In this document: in pieces, positions 49,448 to 61,545 of the stretch
How the letters are laid out: each line of letters opens with the position of its first letter
Position numbering within the stretch: the stretch's first letter is position 1
Assembly: GCA_028023455.1 (NCBI GenBank)
Contig: JAQFVV010000006.1
Coordinates: forward strand, 17,980,001 to 18,044,000
DNA length: 64,000 bases
Direction of reading: 5' to 3'
Origin: Epiperipatus broadwayi
Taxonomy: Eukaryota > Animalia > Onychophora
Translations under genes and position numbers: made by a program
Notes under the pieces: model-generated
The model's database searches: none
Told to the model about the DNA's origin: nothing
Seen by the model: the letters and a program-made list of their open reading frames with translations, nothing else

Positions 49448-50789
49448 CTGAGAGCACTGCACCTAGATCTTAGGATCTAAATCTATTGATTACTCTGTTT
49501 GGCACAGGATGGCACTACCGTATGGAGAGTTTTGCCTTTGTTTACAACAATTATGTGCTAGTATAAGAGGTGATCATGTGATGTTTAATGACATAATGAA
49601 AGACATTGAAGCTGACATATCTGAGTCTGCACTAAGCTTAGAGCTGGCATAAATATAATACCTCTTTATCTGTAATGTACACTGTATAATATTGTATTTT
49701 TTGTTTTTAAAATCAACATACTGATACCTATTTGATCAATCCAGATTTACCTGTAACTTTTACTTTCTAGCTAATAATAAACAGATATTCCTTAATAAGC
49801 CAGTAATGGATTGTTTTTAAGGATCTCATATAGTTCAATAAGTAGCATATACATTTATCGTGAATTTGATCCAGTTCAAATGAAAATCTTAAACAGTATT
49901 TTTTTAGGAATCTTTTTTTTTCAAGTGGCCAGTCCATTGCTATCCCTAGTAATTTATTTGAGCCACATTATCTGGTTAAGTACAGCCTTCTCTTTTTTCA
50001 CTGTCCTCTATAATGTAAGGTTTTTGCTCTGAAATGAGCTTTTTAACGTTATTTACACCTTTTTTTAAATCTTAGTAAGTGACTGTTTGGATTGCTTGTA
50101 AAATGGCTATGTGGAAACAAAATATTAAGCTTGCTGTTGATTTAATATCACCCCCAAAGTTAACTCACTTTAAACTCAGCTATGACAGATGGAAATTCTA
50201 ATTCATACTGCAAAAAATCTTTTCTTTTAATAAAACAAATTTTTTTATTGATGATTTTTCATAAATTTTTTTAATTAGTTATAAAATATGGTAATTGCTT
50301 TATTGCTTTGAAGTTCATAAGAAGTTTAAGGATTAGACTGTGAGTGCCAGGATGGAACCTTTAACCTCTTGATTACTAGTTAGATACTCCACTACCTGTG
50401 CCAAACTGCGCATGGTATTAGGACAATTAAAAACAATAATAGAAAAAAATACTATAATATACTAAATATCGAAAATTAAAAAAAAAGTAGTTGTTTTATT
50501 TATTTTTTTAATTTTATATACAAAGGTTAATAAATAGATAAAAGAAAATGAACAGGATTATGAATTTATAGGCAGTTTAACTAAATCATAGTCTAAATAA
50601 CAAATGACATGGTTAATGGATGGTCTAAGCTGTTAAAATAGTGACTACATTTAATATTATCAAAACAACATTTTTTTTTAATTATGACTTTCATTGAGTT
50701 TTTTTTATATTTTTTCCAAGGATATTTAAAAATCAGTGATAAAGTTTTATTCAGTCATTTTTATGATATCATAAAAATAATATATCAGC

Positions 50790-51060
50790 TATCCGTTCTA
50801 TCTTATACAGCCGATATCTATGGCCACACACATGTAAATAGATAAATGATCTCCAATATATGTATTTCATGCTGAACCAGCACTCATCAGTTGGTCTAGA
50901 TCATGATCTGCTGGTTCAGCATGAAATTCATATATTGAAGATCATTTATCTTTTTCATGTGTGTGTGGTCATGTATATCATTGCATATGATAGAGCGGAT
51001 AGCTGAAGGGCATCTGTGTTCAAGTCCCTTATATAATTGCATCTAAACTCCAGGTACATA
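50790..51060. mobile_element. Family D fold-back element with hammerhead
   Basis: ~50790-50885 inverted against ~50909-51005; relatives at 5835-6060, 24400-24545, 57030-57470. Confidence 0.75.
50848..50902 (-). ncRNA. Type I hammerhead ribozyme (family D)
   Basis: GAUCUAGACCAA-CUGAUGA-GUGCUG GUU CAGCAU-GAAAU ACAU AUA^UUGGAGAUC; stem I 4 bp + AGA bulge + 5 bp. Confidence 0.8.
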
Positions 51061-51589
51061 AATTATACTTGTATTTCAATTAGATAAAAGTAATAGTAAA
51101 TACAAGGGGATGTGTGTTCATAAGAAGGTAAGGATTTAAAACATTGCTAGCCCACATAATGATTATCATTTGAAATTTTGACAGAGTATGCAAATAGTAA
51201 GGTTACAGAAAAAACTACTCAACATAAAATAAAACAAATAGGTAATAATATTAGTGCGATTGACACATAAAGAATTGGAATAGTTTATTGCTTCAGAAGT
51301 CATAAGTTAAAGCATCAGAAGGATCACAGCTGGACATGATCCCTATACTTTGGGCTATAGGTTACCCTCCAAACTATTTAGGGCAATAGTGAAAGATGGG
51401 TTTTTCTAGAAAGCCAAGATCAGAAAAAACAGAACTGCTTTCAGTAAAACAAATGTGTAATTGTCATTGGAAATTATGTTAAAAAGTAAATGTTCTTTTT
51501 ATATCTTTTTAAATAATGACATTTTATCCTACTTATTATTTTATACACAGTTTTTTGCATTTTAAAAATTACATATCTTTTTTATCATC

Positions 51590-51900
51590 ATTGTTCTTTA
51601 TTGTTTCAACTATCTAAACAGCTTTTCTCACAATACTCTAGATCCATCTTTTGTAGACTTAAGCAATCAATGATTCCATCGTGTAATGTTCTAATCACAT
51701 TTCCAGACTCGTTTTTGACTATTTGCTATTTTCAATGTGGAGATTTTTTTATACTTTTATCTAGCAGCTTTCATTATTACTTTCATGTTAATAACCTGAG
51801 GTGTAAACTCTCAAAGGTTTTGAACCCAATCTACCTTCCTATTTCTACATTTATGTATGTAGATATGATACTAATTAAATAATTCAATGTTTTAAAGATT
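51590..51900 (-). mobile_element. Decayed RTE-like fragment (post-RT region)
   Basis: Minus translation ...QIVKNESGNVIRTLHDGIIDC...DLEYCEKSCL resembles K..+.K.+V..V..YG.E.W...LE.FE..C. Confidence 0.45.
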
Positions 51901-52462
51901 TTTAGTTTTATGTTAGTGTGGACACTTTTTATTATTCAGTAAGTATTGTATCTATCAAACAAAAAATCACATCACTTTATCTACTTATTTTCAACATCTG
52001 CAGTTAAAGTCATAATTTACTCTGTTCTATTTATACCACTTACTGTAATTAACTCTTTAGCATACTGATAGATTTAATTGTCTTCCTGGTGAGACTTTTT
52101 ATAAGCTTTTAATTTTTGATTATATCAGAATTCAATAAATTTGACTTTATTTGGTAAAAACATACGACTGCAAATGAAAAAAATTTCTAAATAATAAGTT
52201 TGGATTTGCTGAAATTGTCAAAATCAGCAAATTTATTGCAAGTATTTGATTTCATTTGGTAGAAATATATAACTGCAAATGAAAGAAATTCTAAAAAATT
52301 ATATTTGAAGTTTATAAATATTGTAAAAAATAAAGTTGTAATCTCAACAAAAGAAGTTTTTATCACTGAATAGTAGGCAGAGCAGACTAACTCTCAGAAA
52401 AGAAACAAAATCTTTTTTAATTGAAATGGGTATCTAAAATGCAAACAAACAAATGTCAATGT

Positions 52463-52560
52463 CAAGCATTGGTGATCAAGAGGTCAGTGACAACTGCTTT
52501 ACAGGCAGTTGTCTTGGGTTAGCAGGTTGGCTTCCTGGCTGATGCTATGACACATGAGAA
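52463..52560 (+). mobile_element. Same SINE family, older copy
   Basis: GCATTGGTGATCAAGAGGTCA...GATGCTATGACAC. Confidence 0.6.
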
Positions 52561-54374
52561 AAAAAGTCAATCTCTGATAAATCTATCAAATTATGATTCA
52601 GGATATAAAAATTGCTTTCTAATTTATAGAATATTTTAAATTATCTTAGCACCATGTTGGAAATGATGTAGTAGTTACCATTTTTATAAGACATATAATC
52701 ATAATGCATGGTTCTTTCTGTTAATGTTAGTCTAAAAGTTATTACCTTCTACTTTTAAAAATAAAATATACACATATAAAATAACAATCTAATAATGTAT
52801 ACTTTTGATTTTTAATAATTATTATATCATTGTCATGTAGAAATAATCACAAATCTTAACTCTATAACAGCACAGACTGGTTATTTCATGTTGCTCTCAA
52901 ACTGCTATATTTTATGCTATTTTTCCAATTTTACCATTATTTTATCAAGAAAACCATACTGAATAATGTTGCCACCATTAAAATTGTTTACAACTAATAA
53001 ATCAATAATATTTAAATTTAAAGTTATAACAATAAAATAATAGGTTGCTTTCCAAGATGCTGATTGGTTGTTCCTTGTTTTCTACACAAGAGAGCACCCA
53101 TTGATGATTTTGACATTTCTGATTTCTTTGTTTTGATTTTCTAAATAAAAACATATGTTTTAGAACCTTCTTTTATACATTTATTATTTTTTTCATAAAA
53201 TATTTGTAGAATATTAATTATTTTTAAAAAATAATTCAGATTTTGTAGTAAAAAATATTTAATACAAATTCACAAAAAAATCATTATAAGGCTGCAATTG
53301 AGAATTGGATGACAAACATGCTTTATGTTTGCACTGTAGATTATTTTCATCAATTATAAATAGAAATTTATTATTAAAAACTTTCATTTACTTTAGTAAT
53401 CTGACAAATTATTAACTCTTTCATTCCCCCATAACATTCTAACAGATTTCTTGGTTCAACTTTCATTTTGATATTAAAACATTATTATTTATCAGAGTAT
53501 AAAAAATTTAACCTCATTTGTTAGATATTTTTATTTAGAAATTGAATAATTTTTTAAAAATCATATTTGATTTTCACAATTATTTTAAAAATTAGATTTT
53601 AATCAAAACAAAATATTGTCACATCATTAAATTTCAGATAGAGCTGAATCAATTTGCAAAATACATGAAATCTTTTTTGTTTGACATTTGTTTTAAAAAT
53701 CTGGACTAAGTTTTGTTAATAACTACTAAAATCTATCAATTTATGCTTTAAAAGTTTAACATTTTTTCATAATTTTTACAATGTCACTAAATATTATAAC
53801 TATCTGCTGGGTGACCTCATTTCTATACAGGTGTGTTTCTTTTGACCGTAATCTCTATAGTAACAATATTCAGAAGAAAATCTTTTATATATAAAAATAA
53901 AACATTTCTGTAAAAAATAAATTTGTAATAACATTTATTTTTGATTTTTAATAATAATTACATGATTACAATACAAATATAATCATAAATTTTCCAAAAC
54001 ATCAAGCTTTTAGACCATTGTAATATTATCTCGACAATTGTAATATTTTCTTGAAGTAATCTTGCAATGTTTGAGAGTGCAAAATATATAATGGTTACCC
54101 ATCATTGTCCCACCTTGAGATGATTTGATAGACTGCCTATTTAATTTTCCTGCCATCTTTTGAATTTTTTTGTATTTAAATATTAGAAAATAAATATACG
54201 TGAATTTTAAAGCCATAAAAAAAAGTTTCGCAAAATTTTCACCAGGGGAAGAAAAATACAAATTTACTTTTTAGAAATCTCAAATAAAGCTTGACAGCCT
54301 GGATTAAAAAAAAAGAGAGTTAATACATTTTAGAAACTAAACTATATCAAGTATAATTTTAAAAGACAAATATA

Positions 54375-54450
54375 TATTTTACTGTTAATTTTGTATTTGA
54401 CCAATCAAAAGTGTGAGTCTTTAATTCAATCTGCCAATAGGGGGATATTT
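54375..54450 (-). mobile_element. Possible Penelope GIY-YIG C-terminal fragment
   Basis: KTHTFDWSNTKL resembles H.FDW.N.KIL motif. Confidence 0.35.
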
Positions 54451-55488
54451 GTACTAAAAGGACAAAGAAAGAATTAATAAACTTCACAAAACATAACATT
54501 TTTAGTTTTTTCAAAAACATTCTCAAAATAATCTCACAAATAATGTGGACAAAGATTACAAAGAAGTAAATCAATTAAAGAGATAAAGGAAAGACCAAAA
54601 CACTTCTACTTTGCTGTTTATTTTAAACTGATCGCTTCTGATTTTTTTAAAATTAAGAAATCAATATGTTAAAAGGGTGTGAATTTATTACTTTTCAAAA
54701 AATGTAGTGAAATATCTCAATGGATATCTATGGAAGTGTAATTATAAAAATCACAATTACAGTGGTTTTCTAAATGTCTCTATCATAAGCAAACGGTCTT
54801 TAATGGGATATTAATGATAGTGCTTCAATAGTTGAAGAGTAGAGTGTTTGTGGTACAAATGTTGAAACTGAACAAAAAAAAGTCATTTGATACACTATTT
54901 CATTTATACAATCCTTGCCAAAGAGTGAAAAGTGCTTACATAAAACTAACGCTATTAAAACATTTAGTAGCTGGCTAATATATTATCAGATAACACACAA
55001 TCACAAGCAATGTGGATTGTGTTCAAATTCTCAGAATGTTTATATCTTAGATAAATAGATTGGATAGTAAACCCAGTGGTAATGATGACTGTTAAATATT
55101 CAAATACAATTATCTATTGATTACCCAAGCTTACACTAGGTGACTCTCAAGTAAACTAAGAAGAGAAAATCAAATCACTTTTTATCTTGCTATTTACAGA
55201 GTTGCCACATTAATCATGCTATCTAAGATTTTCATTTTTGTCTCTTAAATTTTATATTTTGCATAGTTTATTTAATAATACGGAAAGGGTAGGTGGGGTG
55301 GGGGGAGATGTTATATAAGTTTGACCAATTAAACAGAATCTTGAACTTTGTCTACCACTCACATCCTTGCATGTACTTATCAGTTTGCTATAGATAAAAT
55401 AAAACAGCCTTTAAATAGCCTATTATAAGGCAAAGGTCTTTTTAACAGCTTTTAATAGCAGAATGATAAAGCAGAAAATATTACTTAC

Positions 55489-55533
55489 CTTTGGGAGATG
55501 ATGAATCGAATGGCTGTCGGTCCCTTGTTTGAT
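55489..55533 (-). CDS. Candidate 45-nt exon
   Basis: Poly-T tract GCATGTAG| ... AAG|GTAAGT; all three frames open; CpG-rich. Confidence 0.5.
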
Positions 55534-55589
55534 CTACATGCAAAAAAAAAAAATCTTTATATTATTAAACCCTGAAAAAAATATTCAAA

Positions 55590-55655
55590 TTTCTGCCCAA
55601 TCTAGATTCGAACCCAGTCTATGGCATTGAAGGCAGCAGTGATTCCGCTCAATCA
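55590..55655 (-). mobile_element. Second tRNA-like SINE head (relative at ~35875-35940)
   Basis: B-box-like GGGTTCGAATCT; TGCCTTCAATGC / TGCCTGCAATGC anticodon-arm-like segment. Confidence 0.4.
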
Positions 55656-56859
55656 GGAATTGAGTATACAATATTAAAAAAACGACATATAAATGTTATT
55701 AGAACTCTTTATTTTTATGTGAATATTTTTCAAACCTAAAAAATGTCTTATTCCTATTAGTTAAATGGTTTTCATTCTATTATCAAACTGAACTCTTGGT
55801 CCTACAATTACCCTCGAGGCGATCGGGCACGCAGCTTCCTAACTGCTCAGTAATCTCACTTTCTAAATTTACAGTATGAAAGAAATAAGTGCAATGTATT
55901 ATGCCTGATAAAACTGATTAAATTGATCACAATAGAAGAGACAATTGTAAGATTCAGCTGTTGATGCAGTGATTAATGGTAATAGTATGCATATTTAAAA
56001 TAATCATGTCATTACAGCGTTTATACGAACGTGTAATGCATTCGATTAATGAGTAATCACATCTCTTCTCTTAATGGGCCAAAGAAGTTAGATTGAGAAA
56101 GGTAATTTGTTTGAAGAAAAATCTAAATTCTTTTTTTTTTTAATTCAGAACATGAAAAAATTTAATTCAACTTTTTTTAAAATAAAATTTGTGTACTTAT
56201 AAAAGAGAAGTAAACATTTTAATATAGTAAAACAGTACTTCAAATTTATCAGCATCCTCTTTTATAAATACTGTCATAATAGACATTTTTTAAATACATG
56301 AATCTTATCTTAATATGACATTCACTATCGAAAAAAAATAAAATAGTAATAATAATCAGAGGCCATCCAGATTCTTAAAAAGTCCAGACTGTTTCAATAA
56401 ATGTTATACATCTCTAAATTACGTCACATTGAAGGGGGGGGGTGTATAAAATCTTAATTAAAACTGTTAATTTTATATCAAATAATCCATCACTTTCCCT
56501 CTTCACAGTTTAAAATATTTTTAATTTCGTTTTTATTGTAAGAGCTTTTAATTATTTCTACATAAAATTGCTCTCAGCATTTCTATAACAGTTTTTAAAA
56601 TAACATTGCTTACTATACCAGGCACTATGTTCCCCTACTGACAACGTATGCTCATACAAGATGGTTACATCTTGCATATAATGAAGTTATTTTTGGATTA
56701 ACATGAAAGTTGTCACTTTAATGAATACAGATCAAACGTTAAATTTAATTAATTAATTAGAATTAATACTGATGATAATGATCATACCCTATATCATTTA
56801 TATAATTTATTTACCCAAATCACACTTTTCTTTATTTTGCTGTAGCATTCTATATAAAT

Positions 56860-57660
56860 ACAATTTATCCAAACTGCTTCGAACACTTTTTTAGCAAAAC
56901 TCTTTATTGGTACATATATACATACACATACGTTTCGACTGTCCTGCAATCTTCTTCAGAGCCAATTTATTTTAATCTCTTAATAACTGAAACACACAAG
57001 CTTATTATATGCCTGTGTCTATATATGTAATATATAGGATATATGAGCACAGACTTTCACATGAGCCACCACTCTCCACACCATCTCATAACCCTGATAC
57101 CCTTGAACACATATATGTTGAAAAGATAAATAATCTCCAATATACATTTTAGGTCAACATGGGTGTGACAAGAATCTCAGCCTCAGGGTGGCTTTTGAGC
57201 ATTCCATCATCAGATTTTCAATTGGATGGTTGAAGAGTTGGAGTGTGGAGTAGATTGAAGGTTTGGCTATCTTAATATATATCTGAGCACTTATAGCATA
57301 TATGTGTAGAGTAGTAATCTGGACCAAGTGATGATTGCTGGTTTAGCATGAAATATTTATACTGGTGATTATTTATATTTTCAACATATATGTGTTCAAG
57401 TGTATCAGGGTTATGAGATGGTGTGGAGAGTGGTGGGTCATGTGAAGATCTGTGCTCATATACCCTATTTAATCTCTTAAAAAACGTCCTGCAGTCTTCT
57501 TCAGAGCCAATTTACTTTATTCTCATAAACAAACATTTTTTTAAGAGACTAAAGTAAATTGGCTCTGAAGAAGATTGCAGGATAGTCAAAACGTAGGTGT
57601 ATGTATATATGTATAAATAAAGAGTTTTGCTAAAAAAGTGTTCAAAGTGGTTTGAATAAA
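56860..57660. mobile_element. Family C PLE-like inverted repeats with HHR-like motifs at 56925-56964(-) and 57561-57600(+), enclosing a family D fold-back
   Basis: GGCT-CTGAAGA-A-GATTG CAGGA CAGTC-GAAACGTA; 56865-56985 inverted against 57540-57660. Confidence 0.6.
57030..57470. mobile_element. Family D fold-back with degenerate HHR at 57317-57370 (+)
   Basis: ~57035-57145 inverted against ~57355-57470; ATCTGGACCAA-GTGATGA-TTGCTGGTTTAGCAT-GAAAT. Confidence 0.7.
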
Positions 57661-57730
57661 TGGTAGTTATAACTGCTTTATATAATATATATATATATGA
57701 TTATAACTGCTTTATATAATATATATATAT

Positions 57731-58100
57731 TGTAACAGTCAGAATCGTCTATCTCGCTAACACACTGCAGAATTCAAACCCCAGACACGAAACTGAACAT
57801 TCTAGGAGGGGTTGCCTTCTAGATATACTAAGTTCGAATCTAAAGTTCAAATTTCACAGCGCCATCTACATGATAACGCATCTGATGCCACTACTAGTAT
57901 AACCTTTGACCGGTGCCTGGTGGTCAGGGAGAAACAAAAGACTCTATACTAAAAGAAGTTTGGGTGGCTAATTAACGTCTATGGATTTACAAAAGAAATG
58001 CAGAAAATATATATATAGACCAAGACAGTGATAGGAATCAGATAAAATAAGAGATCAAATTTAGTTTTAAATAATTTCACAAAATTTATTTATATAAATT
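57731..58100. mobile_element. Possible solo LTR fragment
   Basis: Starts TGTAAC after a TA run, CpG-richer than flanks; no second LTR or PBS seen. Confidence 0.25.
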
Positions 58101-58499
58101 ATATATATAATGCCACTGTCTGCTTATATGAGACAGGGACGCGTATTAAATAATTGTGGGCATTCTATTCCAATAAATGACAAAAGGTTTTAAAGCAAAG
58201 TGATATATTCTATTCCTCGGGCTAATAGCATTATGATAATGTGCTTGATGAGATAGGAATATGTGCGAGGTGCTTTGAGCAATTATACAAGTTTAAGAAA
58301 ATATTTGAAAATTAAGTGTTCTAAAATATTTATTGATTTCGAGAATAGCACGGACTAAAATTTACTAAGCAACAAAGTGGGAATGTGATCAAAGCATTTA
58401 TTTGAGAATAATAATAATAAAATTACATTGGGAGGTCAGTATTGCTGATAATGAATTTATTAAAGTTGGAGGGTGTGACATGTTTTCATGGATGCTTTG

Positions 58500-59600
58500 T
58501 AAAATAAATATAAAATAAAACAATATTGAAGATCTGGAATGATTACAGAGGGCATCTTGCCGCTAACCTGTAGAAAAGTATTTTATGAATAGCCGAAACT
58601 TAGAAACTGGGTGACGATTGCGTTTAATTCCCAGGTGTGTTATTTGGGGACACACTCTGCCTGGAAACCGCAAACGAAGAGAACGGACTTGGCCGTGTAA
58701 AGAATCCTTGGAAAAGTAAAACACAGCGGTCTCAACAACCAATTCATGTACCAGAAATACGAGACTAGTGTATATAAAACATACTAAATGGGTTTTACTT
58801 GGATTAAGAGAAATGCCCAATCAAATTCCCAGAAATTCATTTAAAAGGGTCTGCACATTCTCGACGTCAATGAAGAACTTTGTAATTAAAGTAGAACACG
58901 GTAATTAAAATAGGAAAATGCATGCTTGTGGGTTTAAAAGTAAGTATAGATTTATATACGCAATCATGCATTAGGGGACACATTTAATCATTGACCTTGC
59001 ACATACTCTCATATTAGATTAAAATCAATAACATGTAGATTTTAAACTATGTGATTATATTATATATTAAAGAATAGAATCGCCCTCGAACAAGTGATTT
59101 GCAAGATAATAAAATTGGAAAATTATTTAGAAATTTAAAATATGCCTTCATAGCGGTGTCTTATTTTCATCAAAGGGAATAATTCACTCGGTCAAAGACG
59201 ATTCTGACACATTATCATAATAAAATAACAGAAAGCTTAATCAATAAAAAATATTAACCCAAGGATAGAGAGCAAAATGTTGAGTATATTTAAACACGTT
59301 AAAGAATACATAATGAAGTTATGTGAAATATCAGAAAACAATTTAAAATAGCTATAGCATGTTAGTAATCACAAGAGCTCTTGGTTTAATTTAGGGTTAC
59401 CTCTGGAGAAGCATTTTGGGTAGATTGATGGTCAGCAGGTTTTTATATAATTTAACAGCAAAATCTGGAAATGTTCATATTTTTGGCAGTGGCAGCAGTT
59501 CTGGGTTCCTTGTGTGATAACTTCTGATGGTCTACAGCAACATATGACCATTCCGGAGAGAAATAGCCTTCTTGTGCTCTATTTTGTCATGTCAAAATTT
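58500..59600 (-). mobile_element. Degenerate non-LTR retrotransposon remnant (RT end and possible ORF1 zinc knuckle)
   Basis: VQTLLNEFLGI*LGISLNPSKTHLVCF...QITHLGI resembles RT LQ.LL....GL.LN.SKT / YLG; CCHCQKYEH at ~59480 resembles CX2CX4H. Confidence 0.4.
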
Positions 59601-60579
59601 ACAAATTACTGCAATAATTTTGGTTAGAAACATTAGACCTCAGAATGATTTCTCTTAAAAACATTAGAAAAAAAAAACCCCTCCCTTTTATAGTAGAATT
59701 TAACAAAAGAACTGCCCTGGAGCATTACAAAAATATATCGGACTTATCAGCTATAATTAAATCTATCCGAATGGCTAAAGGAATTCAACATTAATTAATT
59801 TCTTTTGTTAATTTCCCTGTCGACATTCGAATTACAAACTAGATTTAATTAAAAATTACTTTGACTAATTAAAGAAAACCTTAAGTGGACATCTGCTGTT
59901 TTTAGATAAACTTATATAACATTAACTAATTAAACTATTGTCCCTCATTTATTTTAACAGAAATACTTGGAATGACTTTTATTAAATTAAACGAAAATTA
60001 TTTTACTTTTAAATTGCAATATTTGAATCTATTTACTAAACGAATATTTACTAATGAATTTTATATTAAATCAAAATATATTACGACGGTAATATATATT
60101 TGAAAATAGATTCAAACAAAATAACTTTAACAATTTATAATTTTGATATGTTTTAAAATGCATATCATAGTGTGTGTGCAATTACTACGACTTATATAAC
60201 CTACTTTTTAGTAAATCAAAATTATGTGAACATATACATAATCCATAATATTTTATTTTATTTGGGAATGAGTTATATATATAATATGAGCATTGTGCTC
60301 GTGGTTTAAAATTAGGCAGGATTTTCGGTATATAAGCGTATTGCAGACACACTACGATAGATTGGGGTTCGAGCTAAGGTATGAGTGTAGAAAAAAGGTG
60401 AAATGAAGATCTGCAAAGCAGACCTTACTGTTTCAATATATATATATATATTGATTATATTTTCTCATCATATCAGTTCTTAGAAGATCATACTTAAAGT
60501 TCATCCATAAATATTTATTATTATTATTATTTTCAATATAAAAAATACATACAGCGGATATACTAAGAAAAACTTTTTT

Positions 60580-60680
60580 TTTCTCATGTGTCATAGCAAC
60601 AGCTGGGAAGCGAACCCGCTAACCCGGGACAATTGCTTGTAAATCAGCTGTTGCTGACTTCTCAATCACCAATGTGTGAT
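60580..60680 (-). mobile_element. Same SINE family
   Basis: GTGTCATAGCA...GCGAACCCGCTAACCCGG...CACCAATG. Confidence 0.6.
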
Positions 60681-61159
60681 AAGAAAAAACATTTTTATTA
60701 ATACTTTAAAATAAAAATGTTAAATACATCAACATAGTATGCCGAGCTGCTTTTTAACAAGGTTTCTTAGAAAAATGTAAAACTATTGGAATTATTATTT
60801 TAGTAGATGGGATTAGAACTAATTTGAAGCACCACTTTCTTTTCAGAAAAAAAACATCTATTGATATATTGCTTTTCCCTCAGTTCAAATAGGATTTCTC
60901 AGATTCTATGGTAAATGTATGCAATTAGATCAATGAGTTAAGAATGATGCAGACAGCTAAATAATTTAAACAATAAAATTGTTTTATTTAAACATTTCAA
61001 TTGATATATGTTGAAATTACAGATTTATATACTATTATAACCCTTTTTAAAAGCACCTATGTTGGAAAGTACCTGTGAAGATAACTACCAAGTCTTCCTT
61101 TTCAACACATTTACATTATTATTTTAATGATATATTAATAAAATAATAGATGTATAAAA

Positions 61160-61545
61160 ATTAATCATCATCATTATCAACCATTATCAATCCACTGCAG
61201 GATGAAGGTCTCTCCAAGTTTAATCCATCTTTTCCGATCTTTAGCTTCTCTTCTCCACATCACCTCTGCACACTTTCTTATTTCATCCATCCATCTCACA
61301 TATGGTCTCTTTCTGGGTCTTTTACAAACTCTTGGAATCCAGTTTAAGATTTCAATTGTCCATCTATTATCATTTCTTCTAGCAATATGTCCAGCCCAAC
61401 TCCACTTCAGTCTTTTAATTTTTTCAATGAGGTCAGTAACACCTGTTTGTTCTCTTACCCATACATTGCGTTTTCGATCTCTTCTTGTTACTCCCAACAT
61501 GCATCTCTCCATACTTCTTTGAGTGGTTTGGAGTCTCTGTATTGC
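61160..61545 (-). mobile_element. RTE-clade LINE 3' end, young, 5'-truncated
   Basis: ORF 61177..61512 MERCMLGVTRRDR...LKWSWAGHIARR.DNRW...RPRKRP..RWMDEI...ILQWIDNG followed by (TGA)n tail. Confidence 0.9.

Larger units (their letters stand above)
48833..49584 (-). mobile_element. Family A hammerhead-bearing non-autonomous retroelement (retrozyme-like): ~1.4 tandem monomers (455 bp unit) plus ~105 bp inverted segment
   Basis: 48833-49030 repeats at 49288-49480 with near identity; 49482-49584 is the reverse complement of ~49243-49345; flanked by direct repeat TTAATGACATAA (48821-48832 and 49585-49596); no ORF. Confidence 0.9.

Noticed and set aside
57160-57225. CTGATGA...AAAA-GCC..GGC hammerhead-like string on the minus strand
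   Set aside because: Stem II poor, GAAA absent, G at the cleavage position, no stem I
19780-60680. tRNA genes
   Set aside because: A/B-box-like sequences do not fold into complete cloverleaves and occur as diverged dispersed copies, so treated as SINEs
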